From Owenia fusiformis (Eukaryota): 64,000 bases of DNA. The stretch covers positions 32,364,001 to 32,428,000 of the forward strand of contig CAIIXF020000001.1 in the NCBI GenBank assembly GCA_903813345.2. Reading direction: 5' to 3'. Shown here piece after piece: positions 41,201-52,733 of the stretch. The notes under the pieces are model-generated. The model saw nothing but the letters and a program-made list of their open reading frames with translations. It did not search any database and had not been told where the DNA came from. The position numbers were made by a program, and so were the translations under genes. Position 1 is the stretch's first letter; every line of letters begins with the position of its first letter.

Positions 41201-43372
41201 CTACTAATAACCAATGGTGGTTTCTATCTTACAATTATGTGCAGTAAACTTAGTTGAGGATGTAATATCTACTCTATAGTATCACACCGGAATAGCCTGA
41301 CAACGGTAAAGTCAGATACCGTTGTCACAAATGGCGGACATAACCGTCGCTTCAACTCTCTAATCCCAATTTCGATCAAATTGGGTCCTGAATCGCCACA
41401 ATATAGCGTCTTCGATATCGTCAATGACAACGGAATCTGAATTTGAAATAATAGTATCTGACTTTACTGTTGACAGGCCATTCCGGTGTGAGTACATTAT
41501 TATTACTTTCTACATCCGATCAAAATTTGCCCTACTTTCACTTGATCTTTGGAGAAAGGTACACGTATGACATTATAATTATTTGTTGTGACCTACACAG
41601 TGTCATTGTCGAAAAGAGTTCCATCTGACCATTCCCAAACCTTTGGGTCTTTAATACTGTTGAGCCCCGTCCAGTAACTATCCGGTAGCTGCGAGTTCTG
41701 CCCAAACTTTTTCACTTGATTCCAAATGTAATCCTGTATGATGGATGCATTATTAGGATGCACTTTTAATTTATGATACACGACTGTACAAGAAATAAAT
41801 AAAGACACAATGGATTAACCACCAGGAAAAGCAGTTTTGATAGTCACAGTGTAATACTGATGTCGTCACTGGTCTTTAATAATATGATTACCTTTCTTAT
41901 TTTTAGTACAAGATTCTTATAGTAAATGTATAAGCCAGTTAAAGTAAACTAGAATATTTAAAGGCGCAATATACTTAATTTAGAAGGAAAAATAGAAAAC
42001 AATCATTGAAACATATTACTCACACACTTGCTCAAATATGACTCAAAGTTTGATTTGCTTTAATATTGAACCAAGAAAAAAACTCACATAGAAAAAAGCA
42101 TTTGAAGTTCAGAGATCATTAGACATGCATGCACATGTTAAACAAAGTGCATGTTTTAAATTACTACTGATTTAAAAGATGGCGACACTTCTATAAAAAT
42201 GAATGTATCATGTAATAAAAACAACTTTGCCATCTTTCAATGACATTGATGAAAACTTGATATATAAGCTTGATAGATGGAAAATATTTTTTGATAACTT
42301 ATTGTAAGCTTTGATGTGGTCCATTTGAGCTGTTGTTGGTGTCAAATGAAAGATAAGGTTCTTATCAATACATTGGACATACTATGAAATTTAAATGTAA
42401 ATCTTTATTTTGCCCAAAAATGTTGCAAATTTCCAAAGTGGACCTTTAAGTTATATCTTCTAGAAACATGAAATTACAGGCGTACCCTTTCTTGAGCATT
42501 TCTAAATGAGATTAAATTGCCTCCTTGGTATCTGCAAGAATCCCGTGCATCATTCCAGGTCTTCGAGAGTGTAGTGTCGAACTTGTAGCACCTATCACTT
42601 TCAGGGGATTCAACCCATCCATACGGGCATATTTGCCCAGAACCTGAAATAAAAGGATCCTGCTCATGTCTTGTTAATTGAAGCGTCAATTAAACATTAC
42701 TGTTCAATAATAATGACCATTGTAGACAGGGAAAGATTTGTTGTTAAGTTTGTGAAAAGTATGTATAATAGTTATTCGTGATTTTAATGTGCACCAAATA
42801 ACTTTTAACTTTTAGGCTGGTCTAAAATTATTAATATAAACAAATTCAAGAAGTTAAAAAAGAGAATATTTACGTTAAGAAATTAGAAAAGATTTTTGTT
42901 AGACATTATGTCTATAGTACTGGGAGAAGGCAAAATTGTTGTAAGGCTCGGGTCAACTATGAAATCAAGTGACCTTGCGACAACAGAAACATATTTCTAC
43001 AAACCTTTCTTATACTTGTGGCTTGTTAACAAAACTTATCATATGCTTACTGGAACTTTAAGAAGTGGCCACTTATTCTAACAAAAAACATTACATATCA
43101 AAACTAAATATATCACTTGGAGTACATTACTAGTTGCAATCTTTAACCACTTGCAATGATTTTGATAAACAGAATTATAAAATAATGATAAAAAGTTCAA
43201 TTATCATGTTTTCAGTAAACCTACATGGTTATAGTAAACTCACGTGATGACATCGATTTTATAAGATAGCCTCGTAACCCCTAGTTATCATTTCTTAAGG
43301 GTCCTTAGACTACTCACCTATCAACTTATATATTATGTGACTTGCGGCTTTTTGTACAAGGATTGGTACCAT
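2267..43372 (-). CDS. MRC1-like: Macrophage mannose receptor-like multi-C-type-lectin type I membrane receptor (12 CTLDs + FAMeT-like domain + mucin stalk + TM + NPxY tail), ~2092 aa
   Basis: Exons in transcription order: 43372-43318 (tentative), 42643-42486, 41733-41597, 40487-40369, 35890-35800, 35543-35405, 35136-35048, 26336-26094, 25946-25864, 25510-25376, 25036-24929, 24384-24220, 23703-23624, 23530-23338, 23172-23002, 22651-22532, 22419-22306, 22183-21692, 21608-21426, 20141-19960, 19801-19685, 18954-18836, 17579-17434, 16765-16566, 16131-15995, 14794-14742, 14211-14038, 13794-13750, 13160-12988, 12806-12742, 12564-12464, 12250-12116, 10741-10613, 10502-10351, 10259-10160, 9927-9674, 6667-6496, 6407-6264, 5978-5862, 5530-5354, 3264-3001, 2514-2267. 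All introns are GT-AG with matching phases; total 6279 nt is divisible by 3. Repeated CPxxW...CY, WIGL, EPN/EPS/QPN and WND motifs; TM GAIAGIVIGVIAALALLVVAAFFI; tail NNPLY. The first exon is uncertain because it is a poor signal peptide. Confidence 0.92.
2681..2820. mobile_element. 140-bp hairpin MITE, copy 1 (PIF/Harbinger-like)
   Basis: TGCCTTGGTCACAT...ATGTGACCCCGGCA, palindromic throughout; near-identical copy at 5078-5217; TTA on the left flank. Confidence 0.8.
3781..4941. mobile_element. Old non-autonomous DNA transposon with degenerate TIRs and an internal ~180-bp tandem duplication
   Basis: TTAATTACCCCTTG...GTTTACTAGCCTT on the left versus AAGCTTAGTAAAC...CAAGGGTGTAATTAA on the right; duplicated block TTTATATTTTGAT...GGATCCAACTTT...TTGCAAAGTATTG at ~4380 and ~4558. 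Confidence 0.4.
5078..5217. mobile_element. 140-bp hairpin MITE, copy 2
   Basis: Same family as 2681-2820; TGCCTTGGTCACAT...ATGTGACCCAGGCA followed by TTA. Confidence 0.8.
7006..7454. mobile_element. Degenerate CAC...GTG palindromic MITE (same family as 16882-17409; Transib-like)
   Basis: Shares TCCACTCGATTACGCTG...GGTAACAAAATG with 16882; flanks ATGAA / ATAAA (4/5 match). Confidence 0.7.
7483..8580 (+). mobile_element. Internally deleted mariner element with ~200-bp TIRs and a transposase remnant
   Basis: TA|CGAGGGGTGATCAATAAGTAATGGACGC ... GCGTCCATTACTTATTGATCACCCCTCG|TA; ORF 7870-8064 has FHMDNAPAHRS and APYCPDL, matching mariner HDNAPAH and YSPDL motifs. Confidence 0.92.
15384..15799. 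mobile_element. Tc1/mariner-type MITE
   Basis: TA|CAGGGTGAACCCAAAAAA ... TTTTTTGGTACACCCTG|TA with extended inverted similarity. Confidence 0.8.
16882..17409. mobile_element. 528-bp palindromic MITE with CAC...GTG termini and 5-bp TSD (Transib-like)
   Basis: CACTGGTGATCCACTCGATTACGCTGGTT ... AACCAGCGTAATCGAGTGGATCACCAGTG; AGTAG on both sides. Confidence 0.88.
17771..18805. mobile_element. Tc1/mariner-type non-autonomous element with ~190-bp TIRs
   Basis: TA|CAAGGGGCGATCCATATATTCTGATAAAAATGCTC ... GAGCATTTTTATCAGAATATATGGATCGCCCCTTG|TA. Confidence 0.88.
19116..19576. mobile_element. MITE with CTCC(T/C)T TIRs, diverged copy 1
   Basis: CTCCTTGCAAGTCGTCTTATCCGTGGCAGTGGAT ... ATCCAGTGCCACGGATAAGATCACTTCCAAGGAG; interior aligns with 46081-46500. 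Confidence 0.75.
20249..21313 (-). mobile_element. Decayed Tc1/mariner-superfamily element with a transposase relic
   Basis: TA|CAGGGTGTCCGGAAAGTAAAGATAC ... GTATCTTTACTTTCCGGACACCCTG|TA; minus-strand relic PPY*PDKASLDFYLNDHLKAIF resembles PPxSPDLxPLDFxLWGxLK. Confidence 0.88.
21692..22183 (-). other. Single exon encoding a farnesoic-acid-O-methyltransferase-like (Methyltransf_FA) domain inside the lectin receptor
   Basis: SFLIKASGGAHILLA...QIELGIENNQYSEIR...VETPGILNKNEYRAFWIGWNGANIQVGRG...FMKWQ...GKWIF matches the FAMeT pattern (F.VKA..DAH..L, TP.IL...E.R.FWI.W..G.I.VG); phase 1 at both ends. Confidence 0.85.
26337..34980. repeat. 55-bp tandem satellite, ~157 units, filling the intron between lectin exons 35136-35048 and 26336-26094
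   Basis: Consensus TTCTTGACTGAAATGACACCCATCTTAGAATGTGCTTTGTGCCCAATGAGATATA repeated head-to-tail, with recurring variants. Confidence 0.99.
35957..40047. mobile_element. 4.1-kb non-autonomous foldback (MULE-type) transposon; TIR arms built of 42-bp tandem units; 10-bp TSD
   Basis: GGGTGTCTACAAAACAAAGACC ... GGTCTTTGTTTTGTAGACACCC; GGCTGGTTTA at 35947-35956 and 40048-40057. Unit AAAACTAAGACCCCCCACGTTAT+AAAACTAAGACCCTGTTAT is direct at ~35996-37300 and inverted at ~38518-40010. No transposase ORF. Confidence 0.95.
37599..38190. repeat. Separate ~590-bp palindrome (probable nested MITE) in the loop of the foldback element
   Basis: TGGTAGTTCAAGATTT...AAGAATTCCTAATAGAATTAAGAATT versus AATTCTTAATTCTATTAGGAATTCTT...AAATCTTGAACCACCA; no clear TSD. 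Confidence 0.7.
40535..41101 (-). mobile_element. Deleted Tc1/mariner-superfamily element with a transposase relic
   Basis: TA|CAGTGCGTATAAAAAAACGCAACA ... TGTTGCGTTTTTTGATACGCCCTG|TA; ORF 40627-40899 contains SPDLNCCDFFFWSY. Confidence 0.85.
41283..41490. mobile_element. 208-bp MITE with CAC...GTG termini and probable 5-bp TSD
   Basis: CACACCGGAATAGCCTGACAACGGTAAAGTCAGATAC ... GTATCTGACTTTACTGTTGACAGGCCATTCCGGTGTG; flanks AGTAT / AGTAC. Confidence 0.8.
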
Positions 43373-46080
43373 CGATCTTCAGGCCCATTGAAGGTTTAGT
43401 TTATTTGAATTCATTCAAAAACAGATAATAAGATCTTCAATTAATCAACTGAAAATGCTTGTTATTTCATATTGAGTGATGAGTATTTTGTTTTCATAAC
43501 ACTGGTCCTCGACCTGAAGTGTATTATAGTATGCCTTAAAAACAGGGAAGGGCCAACTATAGTACATATATAAAAAGTAGCTTGGGGGCGGGGCCGTAGT
43601 ATCGACACACAGAACTCATCATTGTGAGTGCTAAAATCAGATAAATATATCCTAGGTTTGTACAGTATTTTCATTACTCTAAATTGTCCCCTGTGATTCG
43701 ATGGCATATTTGCAGTATATTATATTTTATGCATGAAAGACAGTTTGTAGGGTTGGTAGCGAAGCCTTGATATCATGCTTATTCTTAAGAAATGTCTGGC
43801 AGACCTCCTACACCCACTGGTATATAGTATCTATGTGAGATTGACCTTTAGCCTTCCAGTTGGAAATTAAATTCTTTATTTCATGATTGATGGTATAATC
43901 ACGGAGTACAATCAAAAGATTTGTCAAGCATTTACTAATTCCACACGATATAATTTAACTTTCACTTCTGTTTTAAATCAAATCAAGCTGGGAATAAAAA
44001 TACCATTTCTTTTTGAACTTTTTAATGACATGATATAGTATACATAGTATAGTGACATGATGATATTTACTAGTATTGCTTCAAGACTGTGGATCTGCCC
44101 CCCCCCCGTATGACTCACAAGGGTTTATCGCGTGACTATGTTTTCAATATAACTCTTAAGGTATTAGAGATCTAGATATATGGGGTCTTTTTAATTGTCT
44201 TCAAAAACATTAATGTTTAAATTTTCTGTCAACCGATGGGGAGCAGTTTCAAATGTGAAATACATTAGATGTCTCAGTAATATTTCTTTTACAACTATAC
44301 TTTAGAGGAAAGAACCTGTCAAACATTTTCCAGATTAACACGTTCTCTCCTCCAAAGGAAATGCTGCATTGTGGGATCCACAGCTTTTACTATCCTTTTG
44401 GAATAGTTCAGATCGCAAAAGCGTTAGGTAAAGAGGGGCTCTGATAAATCAGAATGGAAATACTGTAAAAAATGCTAAGTTCAAATTGTGTGAAGGTAAG
44501 CAAAAAATATTGCTAAGATGTCAAGTAAACAAAAGTATTAAAGAAACATAGTACATCTTAAAATGCTCAACAAACTTGATGATGAGATTTTAAATTTCAA
44601 AGTCTGTAAAGTAATGACAAGTAAATGCTATTTCAAATGAAGACAGCATGTTATAATCTTTATCATATTGCGAACAAAAATTGTACTTACTGAACACAAA
44701 TTGGTGGATAAATATAGCCACATGAACAAACGTTGTAACTCTATGGTTATGAAACATTTTCATTGTCCTGCTAATTAGCGTCAATCAGTAAATGTGCATC
44801 CTGCAAATCGACATTTGAGACTGCTTACTCCTTATAAAACGGACTACTGATAATGTTATACGTTTTATGTCTGAGATAACAATAGTTAAATTAATATGTG
44901 TAAACACGATGTTTAAACTATGTTACTCTGTATCTCTTATCACGTGGGAAACTTCAAACCTAGTAAACCAATTATTAGCAGCGTCCTTAGATCATCATTT
45001 TAATACCACTTTAAAACGTTTTTAATTGTTGAAATGAAACGAATGCAAATTTAACAAAAGTCGGTCCTAATATGTCACACGTGGAATGGTTGTCTAGGGT
45101 TGCTGTCAGAATCCCCGTCATTGGTGCACCCGTTTAGAGGGGGGGGGGGGGGCTTTAGAGTATGAGTGACCGGACAAACGTCCACGGCAAATGTCACAGA
45201 TCTTAATTGTTTTCTTCTTTTAAGTCTTGTGATGACAGTTTACTGCCAGAAATGTAAGTGTCATTCGATTCATTTTAATCATCACAAGTCATGTTATTGA
45301 TAAAAAGGTTTTATCTTCCTAATCTAATATGCAATTTGTTATTGTCCATTCTATCTGGTATTTAATGTTACAGGATAAAACTGCTAAGTTAGTCCAACAT
45401 AGGTGTCCTCTTCTAACCGTTAAGTGAAGCAGTTTTCGTTGGCATTCACATTCATATTTGGTATAAACACTCCAAATGAATCACAAAATGGACAGCCATG
45501 ATATAATAGGTCCTCAATAAGATACAGACAAAATAAGAAATCATTTCCTTTTCTCATTTCCAGAAGTTTTGGTGAGATTGTCTCGTGGTTAATGGTCATG
45601 GTTGTGTTTCTCTCATGTTTGAATACTTCAACAGTGCTAGCAGTCATAAGTCGATTTTATAGAAAAGAGTTATTTTTGCAAATTTATTTACAAAACGTAC
45701 ATGTACAAAAATGGCAAGATTGGTATTCAACAGTAATATATACGAACAACGATGTCATGTAAAACTATTACCCTATAAAATAGGTAATTTTAAAGTTGAA
45801 ATTACCCAGTGCAAACACTAATAAGGTAGATACCGCACGATACTATAATATAGTAGATACCACACGGTATCACATTTTCCTCTCATAAAGGGTAATTTTA
45901 CATGACACATGTTAATATAAGTATCATCTTATCAATAACTTTGAACACTTCGATTTTATTACACCTGGAAGAAGTGGTAAACTGTCATATAGATGTCACT
46001 TTACACGCTGTATTAACAGCATCAGAGATCATGAGATCACTTGAGATCATGAAGCGAATCTCACAAAATACTGACATTTA

Positions 46081-46500
46081 CTCCCTATGCAAGTGATGTT
46101 ATCCGTGTCACTGCGTTTTTGAAAATAATAACGGAAATGATCATTTCAGTAGAAATGGTGACCTTATCCTACGAAAATGGAGATAATGTTTCACAGCTAG
46201 TTGGCGCGCGATACAACAGCGCCCAGTCTCTAGCTAGGGGATTGATTGTACTTTGTACAGAAACCAATTGTAAACCTATGGATAGAAGAGTTAAAAGCCT
46301 TTAGCAAAGTAACCTCCGTTGTTTACATTCGCCAAATGTAAAAATAGAAAAGTTGTTCCAACTTTTTAAATTCTAGATTATTGGATCTGGGATCTGTTTC
46401 CATCGGGTCAGGTCACCATTTTTACAGAAATGATCAGTTATATTTCGTAGTAATTTAAACAAACCCAGTGTCACGGAATGGATCACTACTTACATAGGGT
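46081..46500. mobile_element. MITE, diverged copy 2 of the 19116-19576 family
   Basis: TA|CTCCCTATGCAAGTGATGTTATCCGTGTCACTG ... CAGTGTCACGGAATGGATCACTACTTACATAGGG; shared core GATTGATTGT...AATTGTAAACCTATG. Confidence 0.7.
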
Positions 46501-46585
46501 ATAGTAACGATGTACCAGTATTTTTTACAAAACTCCGGTTTCTTTGATGGAAAGCCATTTCATAACTTCCTCGTCACACGTTTGA

Positions 46586-49500
46586 CTAGATAGGCTTCAT
46601 AATGTTATTTGGCACATGGGCTGGATTCGAGCTCATCATAAAACTGTCTTTAAGATTTCGTGACATCATCTCGTCCTCATAATGTCGGGCTGGAGATGGC
46701 TCAAGGCGTACTTTTGGAACATCTCCTGGAAGTTGACTTTGAAGTTGACCACCGTCTGGAAAACGTTTGATATGTTAGAGTACGGCTAGTTATAAACAAA
46801 ACGTCTCATAAGTGCAACATCTAAGTAAATTTAAAAAATGAATTGGGAATTCGAACATTTTTTGATCATATGCCAGGGAGGAAGTGAATAAGATGAAAGT
46901 GCAGGTGAAAATATTATATAGAAAACATTTTGAGTTTTTGTTTTAAAAACTTAGACTCATCTTCAAAACAAATGGATACCAATTTTTGAAAAATGAGGCT
47001 CAAAGCAAAAAAAGTTGAATATTATTTCGGCACATCTAGGAGTCAATGTATGATATGAGATAATGCAATGGTTTTGCTTATGGATTTACTCATCTTCAAA
47101 AGAAATGGATACTAATTTTTGAAAAATGAGGCTCAAAGCAAAAAAAGTTGAATATTATTTCGGCACATCTAGGAGTCAGTGTATGATATGAGATAAAGCA
47201 ATGGTTTTGCTTATGGATTTACTCATCTTCAAAAGAAATGGATACTAATTTTTGAAAAATGAGGCTCGAAGCAAAAACGTTAAATATTATTTCGGCACAT
47301 CTAGGAGTCAATGTATGATATGAGATAATGCAATGGTTTTGCTTACTTGGCATGCTGTATCTGGTTGGCCCGGATGGCCCAGGGGGATACTGTCCTGGTG
47401 GGTACATCGGAGGGACTGAGAGGGGGAGACGGGGGACAAACATTGAAGATGGCGGCCTTGACATGCCTGGCATGCCAGCATTACTGTAGGGTGGCATCAG
47501 CGGTGGGTATCCGGGCACTTGTTGCATCTTGTGACGCCACATCTCGTACATCCTCGCCATTGACTTCTCTTGTTTTCGCCATTTTGCTCGTCTGTTTTGG
47601 AACCAAACCTGAAATGAATTTGAATGTTATACCATCTGAAGGTGTCAAACTGAGAGCATTTTCAATGGGTTCATGCCAATAGTCTTATGCCACCTAATCA
47701 AACGCTAATTGGAAATAAAAAATGTGGTGACAGAAAATATAACATTTGTAACTCTGATGAATTAGAAACACCTGAGCATTTTTACCTGAGCATTTTTAGA
47801 AACACCTGAGCATTTTCTACGCCTCTGCAATTTTATAAATGCGGAAAGAGTTGCACTTGACTCTAATTAGAAATGGTGACGATGATATTATATTTCACAT
47901 TTTAAAAATGACGACGATGATGCAATGATTTTAAAAGCCAAGGATTGTTCAAAGAGTGCGTAATATGTTTATGTAGTAAAATGTACTCGCTATATATTTG
48001 TATTATAAATAAAAAGGAGGAAATAAAAATTCTAAAATTGTTTTATCACGGAAATTTTCTGTTAAGTTTCTAACAATTTGCCAATATTCAGATTAGAGTT
48101 TATATTCAAGGTTCCACAAAGTACAGCGGGGAGTGCAGGTTATTCTATTTCTAAAGCCAAATTAAAGAGTTTTCAATAAACAATTTTCTTAGGCGGATTT
48201 TCTTGATTAAAATCTATATTTCTAGAAAAGCTCCCCAATTCACTCTTGGGGTCTGTTGTTATTTATGGAATAGAATTATGTATTACCGTTTTTGATTATT
48301 TTCATTATGCATGTTGGGCAAATATGAATAATTAATCTGATTTTGAAATTTTGCTAGACTAAGTAATCTCATTGGACTGTTTTCCGGAATTTCCTGCTAT
48401 TTGTTCGCAGCGTGTCAGATCGCTGAACTGAGTAAATGCCACAGATTTTCTACCTGATTGCAAAGTAAAAATGAACATATTGGTGTTTGTTTTCAACATA
48501 TTTTTTCTTAAAATCGATTATTTGTCCTTTCTTTTACGATTTGGACATAAAACCAGTCGTTTATGAATGAGTTAAGCAGATTTTTGGTTTACGCTTTTTA
48601 ACTAATCCATTTTCTTTTCTGAACGATTCTGTTAACCCTTTGGTTTAAGTAAGTGTTCCATAAAAAGAACGCCAGTGTTACATAATTGTACAAGTTGCTA
48701 GAATCAAGATAGAACTGGTAATCCCATAGCTATAGTAATGGAGTAGAAAAGACTTGCCAAACATTAAGATGATCCAATCAAGCTTACAGACTCACAGCAA
48801 GATCCAACTATGCGGCTTATTCAATGTATTCTCTTCCATTTTCTATAGATTGGGCTTCATTAAACACCCATTACAACCCCTAAAGCCGATCAAACTACAA
48901 ATTGGTCAAAATCAACAAAAAACAGCTTAATTTACGAGGGACAAGCCAATTAGAGACTGTAGAAATAAGAAAATAGGATAACGTCTAGTGATGTTGCTTT
49001 TCTTAAACCAGATTGTACTCAGGGACCTACGGCAGAAATTGATATCGTTAAAAATAATTCAGTGAATTTGAAAATGAACTAAAAGGCCGACTGATATTTA
49101 TCCCCCGGGCACAAGGAGGATTGGAAGCCAGGGTTCCAACTCGATATTCTTTAATCTCCACGCATGCGTCATTTGCTATTCGTGTCTGTATAATTTGTAC
49201 GACTGCATGGAGAATGACCCGATACTCTCCAACAAAGCTATCGCTAGGTGATTGTTTTGCAGAATATCGGTGTTGCATTCTGGGAGCCAATCCTCCTTGC
49301 CCCGGGCATTAAATAATGACGAATATTGAATACTTTCACGCGTGACTTTATGTGACATAAAAAGCAGGGCAAATAAGTCTGCAATGAGGTCACAACTGTT
49401 TCCATGACAGTAGAATTAAAGACCCCTTGTAATGTGTTTGTTACTTGTTTGAACTTTGAACATGTTTTTATAATTCTATTTCATGTACTTTAAAAGTTTT

Positions 49501-52500
49501 TTTAGATATTGTTTTGTTGTTGTCTTGTTTGCATCTTTTTCTGTGATATTATGAGGTAATCATCACATTCTCAAAACATTTTCTTTGATCTACTTATAAT
49601 GATTCCTTTTTTGTAGAAACCAAATGTTTATCACAAAAAACAATAGAAGATAAATATTGCAAGTGCCTTTTGACCTTTCAACCTTTTTGAACAATTCATT
49701 GGAAATCAAATAGGTTATGTGCGCTATGTATTTGTTATAATTACAAGAATTGAAATGACATCTGCTACAGGTTGAATTGTATTCTTCGAAAGCTACATTC
49801 TTACATTCAATTAAATTTTGCAGTTAAGGTGCAGCATATCACAAAATTAAAAGAAATGATGAATATGATGTGCTTCCATTAGTTCATGTTCAAATGTAAA
49901 ATATTCAAAGACAAAAAATCGGTGTTAGGCTCGTTGTATAACTTTATGGGTCAGTTGCACGATTCTTACGATCATCTGAGGAAATATATCGACAATGAAC
50001 ATAAACTAAAATTATAATCTCGTAAGCCAGGAGTGTGAGTAAATGAATTGACATTAAGCGGGAGTTAATCCATTACGACCGCTTTTCAAATACTAATCCA
50101 CTGTTAGAGACCTCACTGATGGAACCTAATAAATCTCCTTATACGTTTAAGTTCAATATTTTCCCGGCTGATTGCAAAATGTTTAATAGCTCGAAATAAT
50201 ATGTTGAATTAAAAATGCAAATTGGTTCAATATACAGTATTTGTTGTTTTAGATGTCGACACTTTTTGAGTTATAGTTGGACTATAACATAAAAACGACA
50301 TTTGAAAATGTCATCTAAATAAACCCGTTCAGGTTCATTTGATATTATATTACTTAAGTGTCCTGCAAAAGCAGAGTTTTCAAAAATGATTCAATGTCTA
50401 TCATTTATAACATTTGGTTTTATTTGCTTTTTATTTCAGGGATAAATATGTTACAGCAATTATAATACAGTCATCAAAGTTACGACACTGTTTTTGTTTA
50501 CAATTCAGTATCTTTTATAATATTCATTGTCATTCATTTTCCAAAAATCAAAAAACATACGGAACATGCATACATCTTATTTTAGCATACATCTCGAGCA
50601 AGACTAGAGCACTTTTAAACTTTTTAACCATTTGAACTGTGAGGAATTGAACATTGTAGAAATAGTTTGCAACAAGTCAAATAGATTCAAATGCACATTA
50701 GCCAATTCAATTGCAAAAAGAAATATGTTGATTGTCATTGTCATTTAAATCTGTAATTGACACACTCAATTAGGAGTTTTCACTGCAATCAATTTGATTT
50801 ATACTTTTTTGCGTTTAAGAAACTATTGAATCGAAATTTACCTGTACTCTGGCCTCAGTCAGTTTCACTTTGTCGGCGATTTGTTCTCTTAAGGTACAGT
50901 CGGGGTAATGTGTGTGTTGAAAAACGCCCTCCAGTTCCCTCAGCTGTTCAACCGTGAATGTCGTTCTGTTCCGCCGCTGTTTTTTACTCGTAATATACTT
51001 ATCATCATCGAAGTTGAGACCGGACAGAACTCCGTCGCTGTCCCCTGTTGCATCTTCGCTAAGATCAGCGTCGCTGAGGTCTTGCGAGGAATCAAGTTCG
51101 AATTCAGGTTGTGCTTGTTGTAAACTTGTTGATATTTGGTCCCCTTCAGAGGGCGCTGATGTCTGCTGCAACTGATGTCCTAAGTGCCCGGTGGTCCCTG
51201 TTAATGCATCATCTGTATCTGCACAGGGGATATATTGTGGTGCTGACTGAGTCTGTTGACTGGTAGTGTCAATGTATTGACTTTGATGTGCATCGTTTGG
51301 CTCTAACTGGGGAGGATCCTGTTGCTCACCGCATGGAGAAGATGCTGCCAATCCTAATGTATCGTGCTGGTTTAAAGCAGGCGGGTCGGACTGAGGCATT
51401 TGTGATTGTGTAGGACCCGCTAATTCCGAGGCACCAGCGTTCCCCACGGTAACTTCATCTGAAATGTATATGTATTCAATTCAACAAACATATTATATTG
51501 AAATAAGACCTCTTCTCGGATTTTCTGAAGAGCGTTCAAAGAAAATTAGACAACAGATATAAATTCATAAAAAATGTTACGAATTAAATAGATTGATTTT
51601 ACATTGAGTAAAATTCAATAATGAACCTATGCTTGTTTTTAATATCTATGAGATTCAACTGTTTAAACACACAAACACATATCAATTTACAAGTTAAAGC
51701 AATTTGGTATTTCTTAAAGATTCCAAAATTGATAAAATGCGCCTATCTATAAATGTTGCTCTTTGTTCCACACAGTGAGCCAGGCTATTGGTTCGTCCGC
51801 TAACATTGGCAGTATCTAATCAACCTGTCATCGCCATTTCCCTTCTCCCAAGTCCTCACGGTTTTCGAGATATTGACGTAAACCCACACATTTTATCATA
51901 TTCATTTTGTTTGTAAACACATGTTTACACATTCATTTTATATTTGTCATTAATACCTGGGTGATATCCACTTGTCATTAAATTGCAATTTCCCAAAATG
52001 ATGCTTGCAAGTTGCTACAGGCATAAATTATGTATAAAAATAAATATGCATTACGTCCCGTCGTACAGCTTTTGAAGAGGTAGGTTTTTTGTTAGTTTAG
52101 AACTATCATGTCCATTTCCGGGTCCTCTTTTTTACAAGAGATTGGCAATTTTAATGTCAAAATGTCACATTTTGATTCTTGGTTTATTGTGTGAGCACAG
52201 GAGTCGTGGGTATTTATTTTTCCTTTACGCCTTGTATAGGATATGTGAATTTTGAAGTATACTATTTAAGAAATTATAGGGAAAATTATTTTTTGGGAAA
52301 AATTGGCGAAAATGGAATATTTTATGGATAAATCAGAATCATTCCAAGGATACGATATGATTTTGTTTTAATGACTGTTACAACCCTTTTCGGGTTTACA
52401 ACTATATATATAATGCACTTGACTTGGAGAGATAAAATATGATAAAATGAAATGGAACATAAAGAATGCCTTACTTGTTGAGACATCTGAATTGCTGCAG

Positions 52501-52733
52501 ACAACTTGGAAATGTTCCTTAGTTATGTTTAAATTATCTTCAGTCCCTATAGTTTGTCCATGGATCAACTGCTCCTCTTCTATGTAACCAGATGCTTCAA
52601 TATCGTCTCGAATATCTTTTTGAGGCGGAGTATTGTTCAATCCTAGATTTTCTTGTTCAGAATGATCGGCTGTAAATAACGATTCCGTTTGTGCCATTTG
52701 AATGTCCAGGTTTTCATTATGTTCTAAAGCCAT
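46586..52733 (-). CDS. Paired-class (PRD, Q50) homeobox transcription factor, Drgx/CG11294/Aristaless-related, ~435 aa; exons 52733-52475, 51458-50842, 47608-47347, 46755-46586
   Basis: Spliced homeodomain [60 protein letters not shown], with the typical PRD intron between HD codons 46/47. GT-AG sites and phases agree (1308 nt). Acidic N-terminus, Pro/Met-rich C-terminus. Confidence 0.9.
46955..47346. repeat. 133-bp tandem repeat x3 in homeobox intron 3, abutting the splice donor
   Basis: ACTCATCTTCAAAA...GGTTTTGCTTA starts at 46955, 47088 and 47221. Confidence 0.95.
49112..49299. mobile_element. 188-bp MITE with 9-bp TSD, copy 1
   Basis: CAAGGAGGATTGG...CCAATCCTCCTTG flanked by CCCCGGGCA on both sides. 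Confidence 0.92.

Noticed and set aside
43244..43253. Alternative lectin first exon ATG TCA TCA C|GTGAGT (phase 1)
   Set aside because: Phase-compatible but encodes only MSS with no signal peptide; neither this nor the 43372-43318 candidate can be confirmed without cDNA.
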